A stretch of DNA of 64,000 nucleotides from an uncultured Solirubrobacterales bacterium (GTDB taxonomy: Bacteria; Actinomycetota; Thermoleophilia; Solirubrobacterales; 70-9): NCBI GenBank assembly GCA_963718755.1, contig OY970376.1:527673-591672 (forward strand), read 5' to 3'. Below, piece by piece: positions 34,730 to 43,434 of this stretch (within the stretch, counting starts at the first letter, position 1; each line of letters begins with the position of its first letter). Below the pieces are notes generated by a model, which saw only the letters and a program-made list of their open reading frames with translations, was not told where the DNA came from and did not search any database. Both the position numbers and the translations under genes were made by a program.

Positions 34730-35075
34730 GAATCGAACCGGCGTCTCTGGCCGTAGCGCGAAGGTTTCTACAGGTTTAGCCGGCGCTTGATTCTCGTCTC
34801 CCGGGGTCCGCGCCGGCGGGCACTGCGGGAGACAAAGCCCTCTGAAATTTCCCCTTGCGGACGGGGCGATCCGCCTGGGTAAGCCCGCAATTGAAGCCGG
34901 AACCCCCCTCCGCGGGCGGGAGAGGGCCGACTCTCACTCACTTAGATCTAACTAAGCAGCGAGGGCGAACTCATGGTCCGCACGTATTGGTTGGTGCCGG
35001 TGTTTAACGAGGCCTCCGGCAACCTCGACCTGCAACCGTTCGCACGGATCGACCAGATCGAAGCCTGTCGCCCCC
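34730..35075 (-). ncRNA. ssrA: tmRNA (transfer-messenger RNA)
   Basis: 5' GGGGGCGACAGGCTTCGA..., 3' ...GCCGGTTCGATTCCGGCCGCCTCCA. The acceptor stem GGGGGCG/CGCCTCC has G3-U. Internal tag frame ...GCG GAC CAT GAG TTC GCC CTC GCT GCT TAG (ADHEFALAA*) at 34952-34981. CCA is not encoded. smpB lies 3 kb away. Confidence 0.85.
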
Positions 35076-35107
35076 GTGCTATGTGCGTCGATTGTACGGT
35101 GTGCGGG

Positions 35108-36484
35108 ATGCCGGAGCGAGAATTCGACGCAATCGTGATCGGCGCCGGCGCACCGGGTGAGGTCTGCGCGGGCCGGCTCGCCGACGGAGGGCTCTCGGTC
35201 GCAATAGTCGAGAGCCACCTGGTTGGCGGCGAATGCTCCTACTACGCCTGCATGCCATCGAAGGCACTGCTGCGGCCGGGCGAGCTGCTGGCGGAGGCGC
35301 GCCGGGTGCCCGGCGTCAGCGCCGCGGTGACCGGCAACCTCGACTCGCAAGCGGTGCTCGACCGCCGCGACGAGGTGATCCACGACCTCGACGACTCCGG
35401 CCAGCTGCCGTGGCTGGAGGAGCGCGGGATCGAGCTCTTCCGCGGCGAGGGCCGGCTGGACGGCGAGCGACGGGTGGTCGTTGGCGAGGCGAGGTTGACC
35501 GCAGGCAAAGCCATCGTCGTCGCCACTGGCAGCGGCGCCGCAATGCCTCCGATCGAGGGGCTCAACGCGGTCAAAACCTGGAACAACCGCGATGCGACCA
35601 CCGCAAAGCAAGTGCCCGAGAGCATGGTCGTACTCGGCGGCGGCCCCGTCGGATCGGAGCTGGCCCAGGCCTGGTCGACGCTGGGGACCTCGGTCACCTT
35701 GATCGAGGGCGAGGGCAGGCTGCTGCCGCGCGAGGAGCCCTTCGCCGGCGAGCAGGTAGCAGCGTCGCTACACGACTCCTACGGAATCGACGTCCGCACC
35801 GGCCTGCTTGCCGAGCGTGTTGCTGCCAGCGACACCGGAATCGTGGTCGAGCTGAACGACGGCAGCCGGGCTGAAGGGGCTGAGCTGCTGATGGCGATCG
35901 GTCGCGTTCCCCGCACCAAGGAGATTGGCCTGGAGTCGGCCGGGGTCGAGCCCGGCGAGCCCGGCTTCTTGGAGACCGACGCGCAACTGCGGGTCGGCGG
36001 CCGCGATTGGCTCTACGCAGTCGGCGACGTCAACGGCCGCGCCCTCTTCACCCACATGGGCAAGTACCAGGCCTGGGTCGCCGCCGAGAACCTGCTCGGC
36101 CGCGAGACCGAGGCGGTGGCCGAAGGCATCGGCTCACCCCGCGTCACCTTCACCGACCCCCAGGTCGCCGCCGCCGGCAAAACCCTCGCCCAAGCCGAAG
36201 CGGATGGCATCGACGCCCGCGCCGTCGACGTCCCCACCGACGGCACCGCCGGCGCCAGCTTCTACGGCAAGGGCACGGGTGGCACGTCCCGCCTCGTCGT
36301 CGACCAGGCCAACGAGACGATCGTCGGCGCCACCTTCACCGGCTTCGAGACCGCCGACTTCCTCCACGCGGCCACCGTCGCAATCGTCGGAGAAGTACCT
36401 CTCAAACAGCTACGCCACGCCGTGGCCGCCTATCCAACCCGCTCCGAGATCTGGCTCAAGCTGCTGGAGGCTGCCGGCCTGTAA
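35108..36484 (+). CDS. FAD-dependent pyridine nucleotide-disulfide oxidoreductase (class I, dihydrolipoamide dehydrogenase/mercuric reductase-like)
   Basis: DAIVIGAGAPGEVCA Rossmann motif, redox-active GGECSYYACMPSK, and a second NAD(P) fold VVLGGGPVGSE. ATG at 35108 avoids overlap with ssrA. Confidence 0.85.
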   Translation: MPEREFDAIVIGAGAPGEVCAGRLADGGLSVAIVESHLVGGECSYYACMPSKALLRPGELLAEARRVPGVSAAVTGNLDSQAVLDRRDEVIHDLDDSGQLPWLEERGIELFRGEGRLDGERRVVVGEARLTAGKAIVVATGSGAAMPPIEGLNAVKTWNNRDATTAKQVPESMVVLGGGPVGSELAQAWSTLGTSVTLIEGEGRLLPREEPFAGEQVAASLHDSYGIDVRTGLLAERVAASDTGIVVELNDGSRAEGAELLMAIGRVPRTKEIGLESAGVEPGEPGFLETDAQLRVGGRDWLYAVGDVNGRALFTHMGKYQAWVAAENLLGRETEAVAEGIGSPRVTFTDPQVAAAGKTLAQAEADGIDARAVDVPTDGTAGASFYGKGTGGTSRLVVDQANETIVGATFTGFETADFLHAATVAIVGEVPLKQLRHAVAAYPTRSEIWLKLLEAAGL

Positions 36485-36485
36485 G

Positions 36486-36593
36486 CCCCTCCCGGTAGGG
36501 GTGGAACGTCTTGTACTTTTTCGTCGAGGCCCCTGGGCGATAGCCCACAAGCAACCCACCGAAAAAGTTAAGTGGAACCCCTGCCGGGAGGGG
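36486..36593 (+). repeat. Family-1 structured intergenic element, copy 1
   Basis: 108-nt nested hairpin filling the spacer between two convergent stop codons. The conserved core is shared with 55037-55150. Confidence 0.85.
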
Positions 36594-38195
36594 CTACACC
36601 CGTGAACGCCTCTTGAGGTCTTCAGCAAACTCCCTTGGCAGGCCAGGAATCTCATCCAGCTCGTCGATCGAGCTGAAGCGGCCGACGCGCTCGCGGTGGG
36701 CAAGCAGGCGGGTCGCCTGGGTGACGGACAGCCCTTGGGCGCGTAGCTGCTCGAAGCTGACGTTGTTGAGTTCGATCGTCTCCCCGACTTGGGCCGCGGG
36801 CGGCGATGGTTGCGGGGGCGACGGCGGGCCTGGTTGCGGCTCGGGCTGCGGCGGAGCTGGTGGAGGACCCGGCTGAGGCTCTGGGGCTGGTGGCGGCGGT
36901 TGGGGTACTGGGGGCTGAGGCGTGGGTGACGGCGAGGGTGGCGGGCTGGGCGGCTGCGGACCAGGGGGCTGTGGGGCGGCCTGCGGAGGCAGCGGCTGAG
37001 GGGTCAACGAGGCCTCGCCTCCGCCCTGCACCGCCCCGAGCACGGCCTGCTCCGCTTCGGCGGCACGGCGCTCGGCCTCGCGCGCGCGCTCCTCTGCCTG
37101 GGCGACGCTCTCCTCGATCTCGCGCAGGCGCTGCTGGCGCTCTGCCTCTTCCGCTTTCAGCTTCGAGAGGCGCTCGGCCTCGGCAGCGCGTCGTTCGGCC
37201 GCCTTGGTCCGCTCCTCGATCTGGCGCAGGCGCTCCTGCGCTTCGGAGAGCGAGCGCTCCTGCGCTTCGCGCTCCTGCTGCAGGCGCTGCTCGGCCGTCT
37301 GCAGGTCTGGGGCCGCCGGCGACGGCGACGGCGGCACCGCAGCCATGCTCTGCGTCGTCTGGCCCGCCGCGGCCTGCGCCTGGCGCGCCTCGGCCTCGCG
37401 CTGGAGCCGCTCCGCCTCGGCGATGCGCCGATCGGCCTCAGCCCGAATTCGCTCCTCCTCGCGCTGAATTTCTGCCACCTTGTCCTGCACCCGCTGTTCG
37501 GCCGTTGCCGGGTCGTAGCCGGCTGGCAGAGGCGGCGGAGGAGGGACGCTCGGCGGCGCGGGAGGCTGCATTGGCGGCGGTGCCGGGGGCGGCGGAACCG
37601 CAGCGGTGGGCGCCGGCGGGACTGGTGGCGGCGGAACCGGCGGCGGCATCACCACAGGCGGCACCGGCTGGGTCTGGGCCGGTGGCTGGGGCGGCTGGGT
37701 AGTAGCCGAGCTCTCCTGCTCGAACAGCGCCCGCTCTTGAGCGGCCCGCGCGGCGGCGAGGTCGCGCTCGGCCTTGACCGCTTCCTTCTTCGCGCGGCGG
37801 CCGGAACCGCCGGCCTTGGTCGGCTTGTGGCGTCGCTCAGCCCGCTTCTGGGCGCGTTCCTGGCGGCGCCGCTTCGCCTCTTCGGTGCGCCGTTTGCGGT
37901 GTTCGCTGCGCGCTGCGCGCTGCTGCGCGCGCGCCTGCTTGCGTTTCTCCTTGGCGTTCAAAGGTTTGCCACCGGGCGGCGGCGGGGGTGGTGGTGGGGC
38001 GCCTGAGCTTGCGACGCCGGCGGGCTGAGACGCCGGGGACGCGCCGGGGGCCGGGGGCGACTTGCCGGCCCCTGCCTTCTTGCTCTGGTCCTTGCTGCGC
38101 CGCTGGACGATGCTGATCACCAGCAGGAGGAGAAGGATCGCCACCACCAGCCCGGCGACGAAGTACTGGACGTTGTCGCTGACGAAATCAGCCAT
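36594..38195 (-). CDS. Membrane-anchored Pro-rich / coiled-coil protein with C-terminal helix-hairpin-helix (ComEA-like) DNA-binding motif
   Basis: N-terminal TM (YFVAGLVVAILLLLLVISIV) then a Lys/Arg-rich segment, PPPxP tracts and ERxAAEAER heptad-like repeats. C-terminal FEQLRAQGLSVTQATRLLAHRERVGRFSSIDELDEIPGL. Confidence 0.7.
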   Translation of the reverse strand: MADFVSDNVQYFVAGLVVAILLLLLVISIVQRRSKDQSKKAGAGKSPPAPGASPASQPAGVASSGAPPPPPPPPGGKPLNAKEKRKQARAQQRAARSEHRKRRTEEAKRRRQERAQKRAERRHKPTKAGGSGRRAKKEAVKAERDLAAARAAQERALFEQESSATTQPPQPPAQTQPVPPVVMPPPVPPPPVPPAPTAAVPPPPAPPPMQPPAPPSVPPPPPLPAGYDPATAEQRVQDKVAEIQREEERIRAEADRRIAEAERLQREAEARQAQAAAGQTTQSMAAVPPSPSPAAPDLQTAEQRLQQEREAQERSLSEAQERLRQIEERTKAAERRAAEAERLSKLKAEEAERQQRLREIEESVAQAEERAREAERRAAEAEQAVLGAVQGGGEASLTPQPLPPQAAPQPPGPQPPSPPPSPSPTPQPPVPQPPPPAPEPQPGPPPAPPQPEPQPGPPSPPQPSPPAAQVGETIELNNVSFEQLRAQGLSVTQATRLLAHRERVGRFSSIDELDEIPGLPREFAEDLKRRSRV

Positions 38196-38207
38196 CGAAA
38201 CCCGAAG

Positions 38208-38693
38208 CTACCTCATTCTGCCCTTGAATTCGCGCTCGACCTCGCGTCGCACGTCACGATCCGCGATCTCGCGCCGTCGGTCGCGCCCCTCCTTGCCTCG
38301 CGCCAGCGCCAGCTCGACCTTTGCCCGCGACCCCTTGAAGTAGATCCGGGTCGGGATCAGGGTCAAGCCGCGCTCCGCGGTCTTGCCCACCAATCGCTCG
38401 ATCTCGGCCCGGTGGAGCAGCAGCTTGCGCGTCCGCTCGGGCTCGTGGTTCTCACGGCTGGCGGGCTCATATGGCGGAATGTGGAGGTTGCGCAGCCACA
38501 TCTCACCGTCGTCGATCACCGCGTAGGCGTCGGTCATCTGCGCCTTGCCGTTGCGCAGGGACTTGACCTCGGAACCTCGCAACACAACCCCCGCCTCGAT
38601 CTTCTCGATCCACTCGAATTTGTGACGAGCGCGGCGGTTGGTGGCGACGTCGCCGGAGGCAGGCTCTCGTTTCTTCTTGCCTTTCTTGGCCAC
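38208..38693 (-). CDS. smpB: SsrA-binding protein SmpB
   Basis: NRRARHKFEWIEKIEAGVVLRGSEVKSLR...LLLHRAEI motifs. Confidence 0.95.
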   Translation of the reverse strand: MAKKGKKKREPASGDVATNRRARHKFEWIEKIEAGVVLRGSEVKSLRNGKAQMTDAYAVIDDGEMWLRNLHIPPYEPASRENHEPERTRKLLLHRAEIERLVGKTAERGLTLIPTRIYFKGSRAKVELALARGKEGRDRRREIADRDVRREVEREFKGRMR

Positions 38694-38696
38694 GAC

Positions 38697-40310
38697 TCAG
38701 CTCTCCACCGGCTCCAGATCGGTGCGTCCGCGCGCCGCTTCGATCCCGCTCACCTGGACGGATATCGGGTCACCGAGGCGCAGCTTGCGGTTCGACTCCT
38801 GGCCGACCAGGGCGGTCTCGCTCTCGTTCAGCTCGAAGCGCTCGGCGCCCCCAATCCGGCGCGCGGGCAGGAAGCCTTCGTAGACGTCGCCCAGCTCGCC
38901 CCCGAAGCCGACGAAAGCACCGGCACGAATCAGCCCCGCGACCTCGCCTTCGAATGCGGTCTCAGCGCCCCGCTCGCGCAGCTCCCGCTCGAGCAGGAAG
39001 GCAGCGCAGATGTCGTCGGCGCGGCGCTCGACCCGCATCGAGTCGCGCTCACGCTCGCTGCAATGAGAGGAAACGTCGCGCGCTTCGGCCGCACTCGGCG
39101 CCGCCTCTCCCTCCCCAAGCACCGCCAAGAGGGCTCGGTGAACGATCAGGTCCGGGTAGCGCCGAATCGGCGAGGTGAAGTGGCAGTAGGCGCCGCTGCC
39201 GAGCCCGGCGTGACCGCTGTTGTGCTCGCTGTAGGAGGCTTGTTTGAGGGAACGCAGCACGAGCGATGTATATGCGGCGCGGCCGTGCCCGCGTCGCGCC
39301 GCCTCGCGCGCCACCAGCCGGCTCGCCTCGGCCGCAAGCTTGGCGGCCTCGCTTGGCGCCGGCGTGCCGCGCAGCGGCGGCGTCGGGATCTCGAGGTCGT
39401 GCAGCTGCGCGATCAGCTGCACAACCCGCAGCGGATCGGGCGGCGGGTGGACCCGGTAGATCGCCGGCACCCGCTTGCGCTCCAGAAGCTGGGCGACCTG
39501 CTCGTTGGCGAGGATCATCAGGCGCTCGATCAGGGCATGCGACTCGGTCTGGGCTACGCCCTTTGCGCCAACCATGTTGCCGCGCGCGTCGAAGCGGAAC
39601 TCGGGCTCGAACGACTCCACGTCGAGGCTGGTCGCGCCGCGGCGCTCACCGAGCGCCGCGGCAGCCTCACGCGCCACCGCCAGCGGCTCAGCAACCGCTT
39701 CCGGCGCTTCGGCTCGGCCCGAGAAGATCACGTCGAGCTCGTCGTAGTCGAGCCGGGCATCGGAGCGGATGCGACTGCGATAGAAGGCCGCTGCCCCTGG
39801 CCTCCCGTCGCGATCGAGCTCGATCTCCGCCGTCACCGCGAGGCGCTCGACTCCCGGTGCCAGGCTGCATGCCTGCTCACTCAGAGCGTGCGGAAGCATC
39901 GGCTCGACGGCGCCGGGGACGTAGGTGCTGTTGCCGCGGAGCTTCGCCTCGCGGTCGAGCGGGGAGCCAGGCGGAACGTGCGCGGCGACATCGGCAATGT
40001 GGACCCAGAGCCGTATCCCGCCGTCCTCTCGCTGCGCCGAAACCGCGTCGTCGAAGTCCCGCGCGGTTGCCGGGTCGACGGTGAAGGTGGGCAAGCTGGT
40101 CAGGTCGCGGCGCGGCCCGCCGCGTGACTCGGCGACTGCGCCTGCCTCGGCGGCTTCGACCTCGAGCGAGGCGCGAAAGCCTCGCCCGCCGAGCTCCTCG
40201 CGGAGGAACATCTCGACCGCGTCACGGGCCGTCTTCGGCACCGCCTGCCCGCGCCCACGGCCGCGGCCGCGCGGCCGATCACGGGAAGAGCGCCGGTCGC
40301 GGCCGCTCAC
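38697..40310 (-). CDS. rnr: RNase II/R family 3'-5' exoribonuclease (RNB + S1, no N-terminal cold-shock domains)
   Basis: RNB motifs ARDFDDAVS and HFTSPIRRYPDLIVHR. C-terminal S1-like domain (EGEVAGLIRAGAFVGF). RG-rich N-terminus. Confidence 0.9.
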   Translation of the reverse strand: MSGRDRRSSRDRPRGRGRGRGQAVPKTARDAVEMFLREELGGRGFRASLEVEAAEAGAVAESRGGPRRDLTSLPTFTVDPATARDFDDAVSAQREDGGIRLWVHIADVAAHVPPGSPLDREAKLRGNSTYVPGAVEPMLPHALSEQACSLAPGVERLAVTAEIELDRDGRPGAAAFYRSRIRSDARLDYDELDVIFSGRAEAPEAVAEPLAVAREAAAALGERRGATSLDVESFEPEFRFDARGNMVGAKGVAQTESHALIERLMILANEQVAQLLERKRVPAIYRVHPPPDPLRVVQLIAQLHDLEIPTPPLRGTPAPSEAAKLAAEASRLVAREAARRGHGRAAYTSLVLRSLKQASYSEHNSGHAGLGSGAYCHFTSPIRRYPDLIVHRALLAVLGEGEAAPSAAEARDVSSHCSERERDSMRVERRADDICAAFLLERELRERGAETAFEGEVAGLIRAGAFVGFGGELGDVYEGFLPARRIGGAERFELNESETALVGQESNRKLRLGDPISVQVSGIEAARGRTDLEPVES

Positions 40311-41485
40311 TGCGCTGCGAGCACCCCGAGAGCCCGTTCGATCGCCTCGTCGCGACTCGTTCCCGGCTGGTCGCGAGCCGGAACGTCGGGCTGGATGCCC
40401 TTGCCGGCCAGGTTGGTCCCGTCCGGCGTGAAGTACTCGCCCACGGTCAGCTTCAGGGCGCCGTCGTTTGAGAGGTCGACCTCCTGCTGGAACACGCCCT
40501 TGCCAAAGGAACGCATGCCGACGACCTCCGCCCCAGCCTCGTCGGCAAGCGCGGCGGTGAGGATCTCCGCCGCCGAGGCGGTGTTGCGATCGATCAGGAC
40601 GACGATCGGCAGCGACGGCAGGTTGCCCCCCTTTGCCTCGTAAACGGCGTGCCCCTGGGTGCGTGAATCGGTCGAGACCACGGTCTCGCCCTCGGGCAGG
40701 AAGATGCTGGCGGTCAGCACCGCCTCCTCGAGCAAGCCGCCGCCGTTGCTGCGCAGATCGAGCACGAGTCCTTCGGCCCCTTCCTGCTGCAGCTGGCGTA
40801 CGGCTCGCCGCAGCGCTCCGTGTGCGCCTTCGCTGAAGGCGGCAAGGCGGACGTAGCCGAGCCTCTGGCCCTGCAGCGTCTCCAGTTTCTTGCTGACGAC
40901 CGGCACCAGGATCTCAGCGCGGGTGAGGCGGACCTGGCGGACCTGGCCCCCCTTCGGCCCGCGCACGCCCACGGTCACCTCGGTGCCTTCCGGGCCCTTG
41001 ATGAGGGCGGTGGCGGCATCGGAGTCGAGGCCCGCGATCGAGCGGCCGTCGACCGAGACGATCGTCTCGCCGACCTCGATTCCGGCCGCTTCGGCGGGCG
41101 AGCGCTTGAAGACCTGTTCGACTCGCAGGCCATCCTCGATGGCGGTGACGCTGAGCCCGATCCCGGAGAAGCGGCCCTCGATTTCTTCCGTGAAGCGGGC
41201 CAGCGTCTCGGCCGAGAAGTACTCCGAGAAGCGATCCTTGTAGCGCTGCCGCAGGCCCCGGACCATGCCCTGGAGCGAGGAGTTGGTCAGCTCCGCCTGC
41301 GGAACCGAGCGATAGTAGTTGTCCTCGATCAGTTCGCTGGCTTCGGCGGTCAGGCCGGCCGAGTCGTCGACGAAGAGGTCACGCATCGGCGGCGGCATCT
41401 TCGCCGGATGGCCGCCGAGCCAGAGCCCGGCGGCAAGCACCGCGAGCAGCACGGCGACGAGACCGAGCGTCCGCGCAGCCCTCAC
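40307..41485 (-). CDS. Carboxy-terminal processing (S41) peptidase
   Basis: PDZ segment, DLRSNGGGLLEEAV, and catalytic TASAAEIL motifs. N-terminal signal/anchor. Confidence 0.9.
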   Translation of the reverse strand: MRAARTLGLVAVLLAVLAAGLWLGGHPAKMPPPMRDLFVDDSAGLTAEASELIEDNYYRSVPQAELTNSSLQGMVRGLRQRYKDRFSEYFSAETLARFTEEIEGRFSGIGLSVTAIEDGLRVEQVFKRSPAEAAGIEVGETIVSVDGRSIAGLDSDAATALIKGPEGTEVTVGVRGPKGGQVRQVRLTRAEILVPVVSKKLETLQGQRLGYVRLAAFSEGAHGALRRAVRQLQQEGAEGLVLDLRSNGGGLLEEAVLTASIFLPEGETVVSTDSRTQGHAVYEAKGGNLPSLPIVVLIDRNTASAAEILTAALADEAGAEVVGMRSFGKGVFQQEVDLSNDGALKLTVGEYFTPDGTNLAGKGIQPDVPARDQPGTSRDEAIERALGVLAAQ

Positions 41486-41498
41486 GCGGCCCTCCGCA

Positions 41499-42416
41499 CT
41501 AAACCTTGAGGAAGCGGCGCAGGGTGATCCCGGAGCCGACGGCCGAGACCAGTACCGCGGCGGCGAAGAGGATCGCGACCAGCGCCGGGAAGGAGAGCGT
41601 GGTGCTGTTCTGCGCGGCGAGGAAGCCGATGCTGTCGCTCAGCGGATCGACGATCGTCAGCTTGCCCAGCCACAGGATCAGTATGGCCACCAGGCCGCCG
41701 AAGAAGCCGACGACAACCCCCTCGATCATGAAGGGCCAGCGGATGAACCAGCGGGTGGCCCCGACCAGGCGCATCACCTCGACCTCGCGGCGCCGGGTGT
41801 AGATCGAGAGCCGGATCGTGTTGCCGACCAGCATCAGCGAGGCGGCGATCAGGAGCGCCGTGATCACGGTCAGGACGATCTTCAGCGCGCTCGTCACCTG
41901 CTCGATCTTCCGCGCGTCTTCCTGGCGATCGAAGATTTTCTGGATGATCGGCGAGATCGGCTGCGCCGTCCCGTCGGGCCCCGGCGGCATCACCGCCGTC
42001 CGCACGGCATCGAGATTTGCCGCGTCGTCGGCCTTGACGGCGAAGTTCGCCGGCAGCGGGTTGTCGCTGAGCTGAGCGGTCAGTTCCTCGCTCTTCTCCT
42101 TGCCCAGGTCCGCCTTCAGCTCGTTCAGCGCCTCGGCCTTGGTGATCAGCTCGACCGACTCGACGTGCGGTATCGCCAGCAGTTGGTCTTCCAGCCTGGC
42201 CGTTTCGGGTTTGGTCGCGTCGTCGTAGATAGCGACCCGGAACTCGAGGCTGTCGCGCACCTCGTCGCTCTTTGCCTGCGTCGTCTGGAAGATCGGGATC
42301 AGGACGCCGAGCAGGATCACGGTGACGACCGTGGTGACGATCGCCGCCATGCTCGGCGCGCCGTTGCGGCGCAGCGCCCGGAAAGCCTCCTGGGTGAAGA
42401 AGAGAAGTCGTGACAT
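41499..42416 (-). CDS. ftsX: Cell division permease-like protein FtsX
   Basis: 4-TM FtsX layout with a large first extracytoplasmic loop. Directly follows ftsE. Confidence 0.9.
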   Translation of the reverse strand: MSRLLFFTQEAFRALRRNGAPSMAAIVTTVVTVILLGVLIPIFQTTQAKSDEVRDSLEFRVAIYDDATKPETARLEDQLLAIPHVESVELITKAEALNELKADLGKEKSEELTAQLSDNPLPANFAVKADDAANLDAVRTAVMPPGPDGTAQPISPIIQKIFDRQEDARKIEQVTSALKIVLTVITALLIAASLMLVGNTIRLSIYTRRREVEVMRLVGATRWFIRWPFMIEGVVVGFFGGLVAILILWLGKLTIVDPLSDSIGFLAAQNSTTLSFPALVAILFAAAVLVSAVGSGITLRRFLKV

Positions 42417-43265
42417 CTAGAAGAGCGAGTCGTGGGCGTGGCCGTTGGTCTGGCCCTCGGGGGCGACACCCATCTCCGCCCGCATGCGCAGGCCGAACTC
42501 GGACGTCGACTCCTCGGTGTACCCGCCGCTGACCTCGTCGCGGACGACGCGGCCCTCATACAGCTCGATCACGCGGCGGCGCATGTTGTCGACCATCTCG
42601 CGATCGTGGGTGACGACGAGAACGGTCGTGCCGGTCTTGTTGATCCGGTAGAGCAGCTGCATCACGCCGATCGAGGTGACCGGGTCGAGGTTGCCGCTGG
42701 GCTCATCGGCGAGCAGCAGGGGTGGGTGGTTGACGAAGGCGCGGGCGATCGAGACGCGCTGCTGCTCGCCGCCGGAGAGCTCGTCGGGGTAGCTGTGGAG
42801 CTTGGTCGAGAGGCCGACCAGGCGCAGGATCTCGGGCACCTGGCGGCGGATTTCGCCGCGATGGGCGCCGATCACCTGCAGCGCGTAGGCGACGTTGTCG
42901 TAGACGGTGCGGTCGGGGAGCAGCTTGAAGTCCTGGAAGACCGTGCCGATGTTGCGGCGCAGATGCGGGATCTTCTTCTCCGGCATCGCGCCGATGTCGC
43001 GGCCGGCGATGCGGACGCTGCCGTCAGTTGCCGTCAGCTCCCGCATCAGCATCTTGATCAGCGTCGACTTGCCGCAGCCGGTCGGGCCGACGAGGAAGAC
43101 GAACTCGCCGCGGTCGACGGCCAGCGAGACCCGGTCGAGCGCCATGTGGCCGCCGGGGTAGACCTTGGTCACGTCGCGCATCTCGATGATCGGCGCGCCG
43201 CCCTTGCGGTTGCGTGGCGGCGCCGGCGCGCTGCCCTTGCTCTTCTTCTTTCTGCCCATGGCCAT
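42417..43265 (-). CDS. ftsE: Cell division ATP-binding protein FtsE
   Basis: [39 protein letters not shown] at 43265 (MAMGRKKK...) is preferred, with a basic N-terminal tail. Confidence 0.9.
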   Translation of the reverse strand: MAMGRKKKSKGSAPAPPRNRKGGAPIIEMRDVTKVYPGGHMALDRVSLAVDRGEFVFLVGPTGCGKSTLIKMLMRELTATDGSVRIAGRDIGAMPEKKIPHLRRNIGTVFQDFKLLPDRTVYDNVAYALQVIGAHRGEIRRQVPEILRLVGLSTKLHSYPDELSGGEQQRVSIARAFVNHPPLLLADEPSGNLDPVTSIGVMQLLYRINKTGTTVLVVTHDREMVDNMRRRVIELYEGRVVRDEVSGGYTEESTSEFGLRMRAEMGVAPEGQTNGHAHDSLF

Positions 43266-43434
43266 GTTTCGCGGGGGGTCCTTCTCCGGGAACAGGGTGA
43301 CTCCTGCGCGCCGCATCGCGCGCAACACCCCGCCCAGATTCAGATGTGTGGCAGCTTAGCGAATGATTAGCTGTTGCTCGTACAAAGACCCACGGGAGAT
43401 CATTTGTCCAGTGATATCCCTTTAATCAAGCATC

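Noticed and set aside
34952-35611. 219-aa minus-strand ORF, and the first 45 codons of the plus-strand ORF 34973-36484.
   Set aside because: Both overlap the tmRNA gene or lie antisense to the oxidoreductase gene. The oxidoreductase has a good ATG at 35108 just before its FAD-binding motif.
36800-37700. Repetitive GC-rich DNA (GGCGG/GGTGG/GCTGGGG runs) that looks like a tandem repeat array.
   Set aside because: It is the in-frame coding sequence for the PPPxP and ERxAAEAER low-complexity segments of the 533-aa protein. It has no fixed repeat-spacer periodicity, so it is not a CRISPR or satellite.
43329-43434. Relatively AT-rich divergent spacer between ftsE and the membrane-protein gene, checked for repeats (TTAGCG / TTAGCT).
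   Set aside because: Only two 5-6 nt matches with no symmetry or phasing. This is consistent with ordinary divergent promoters.
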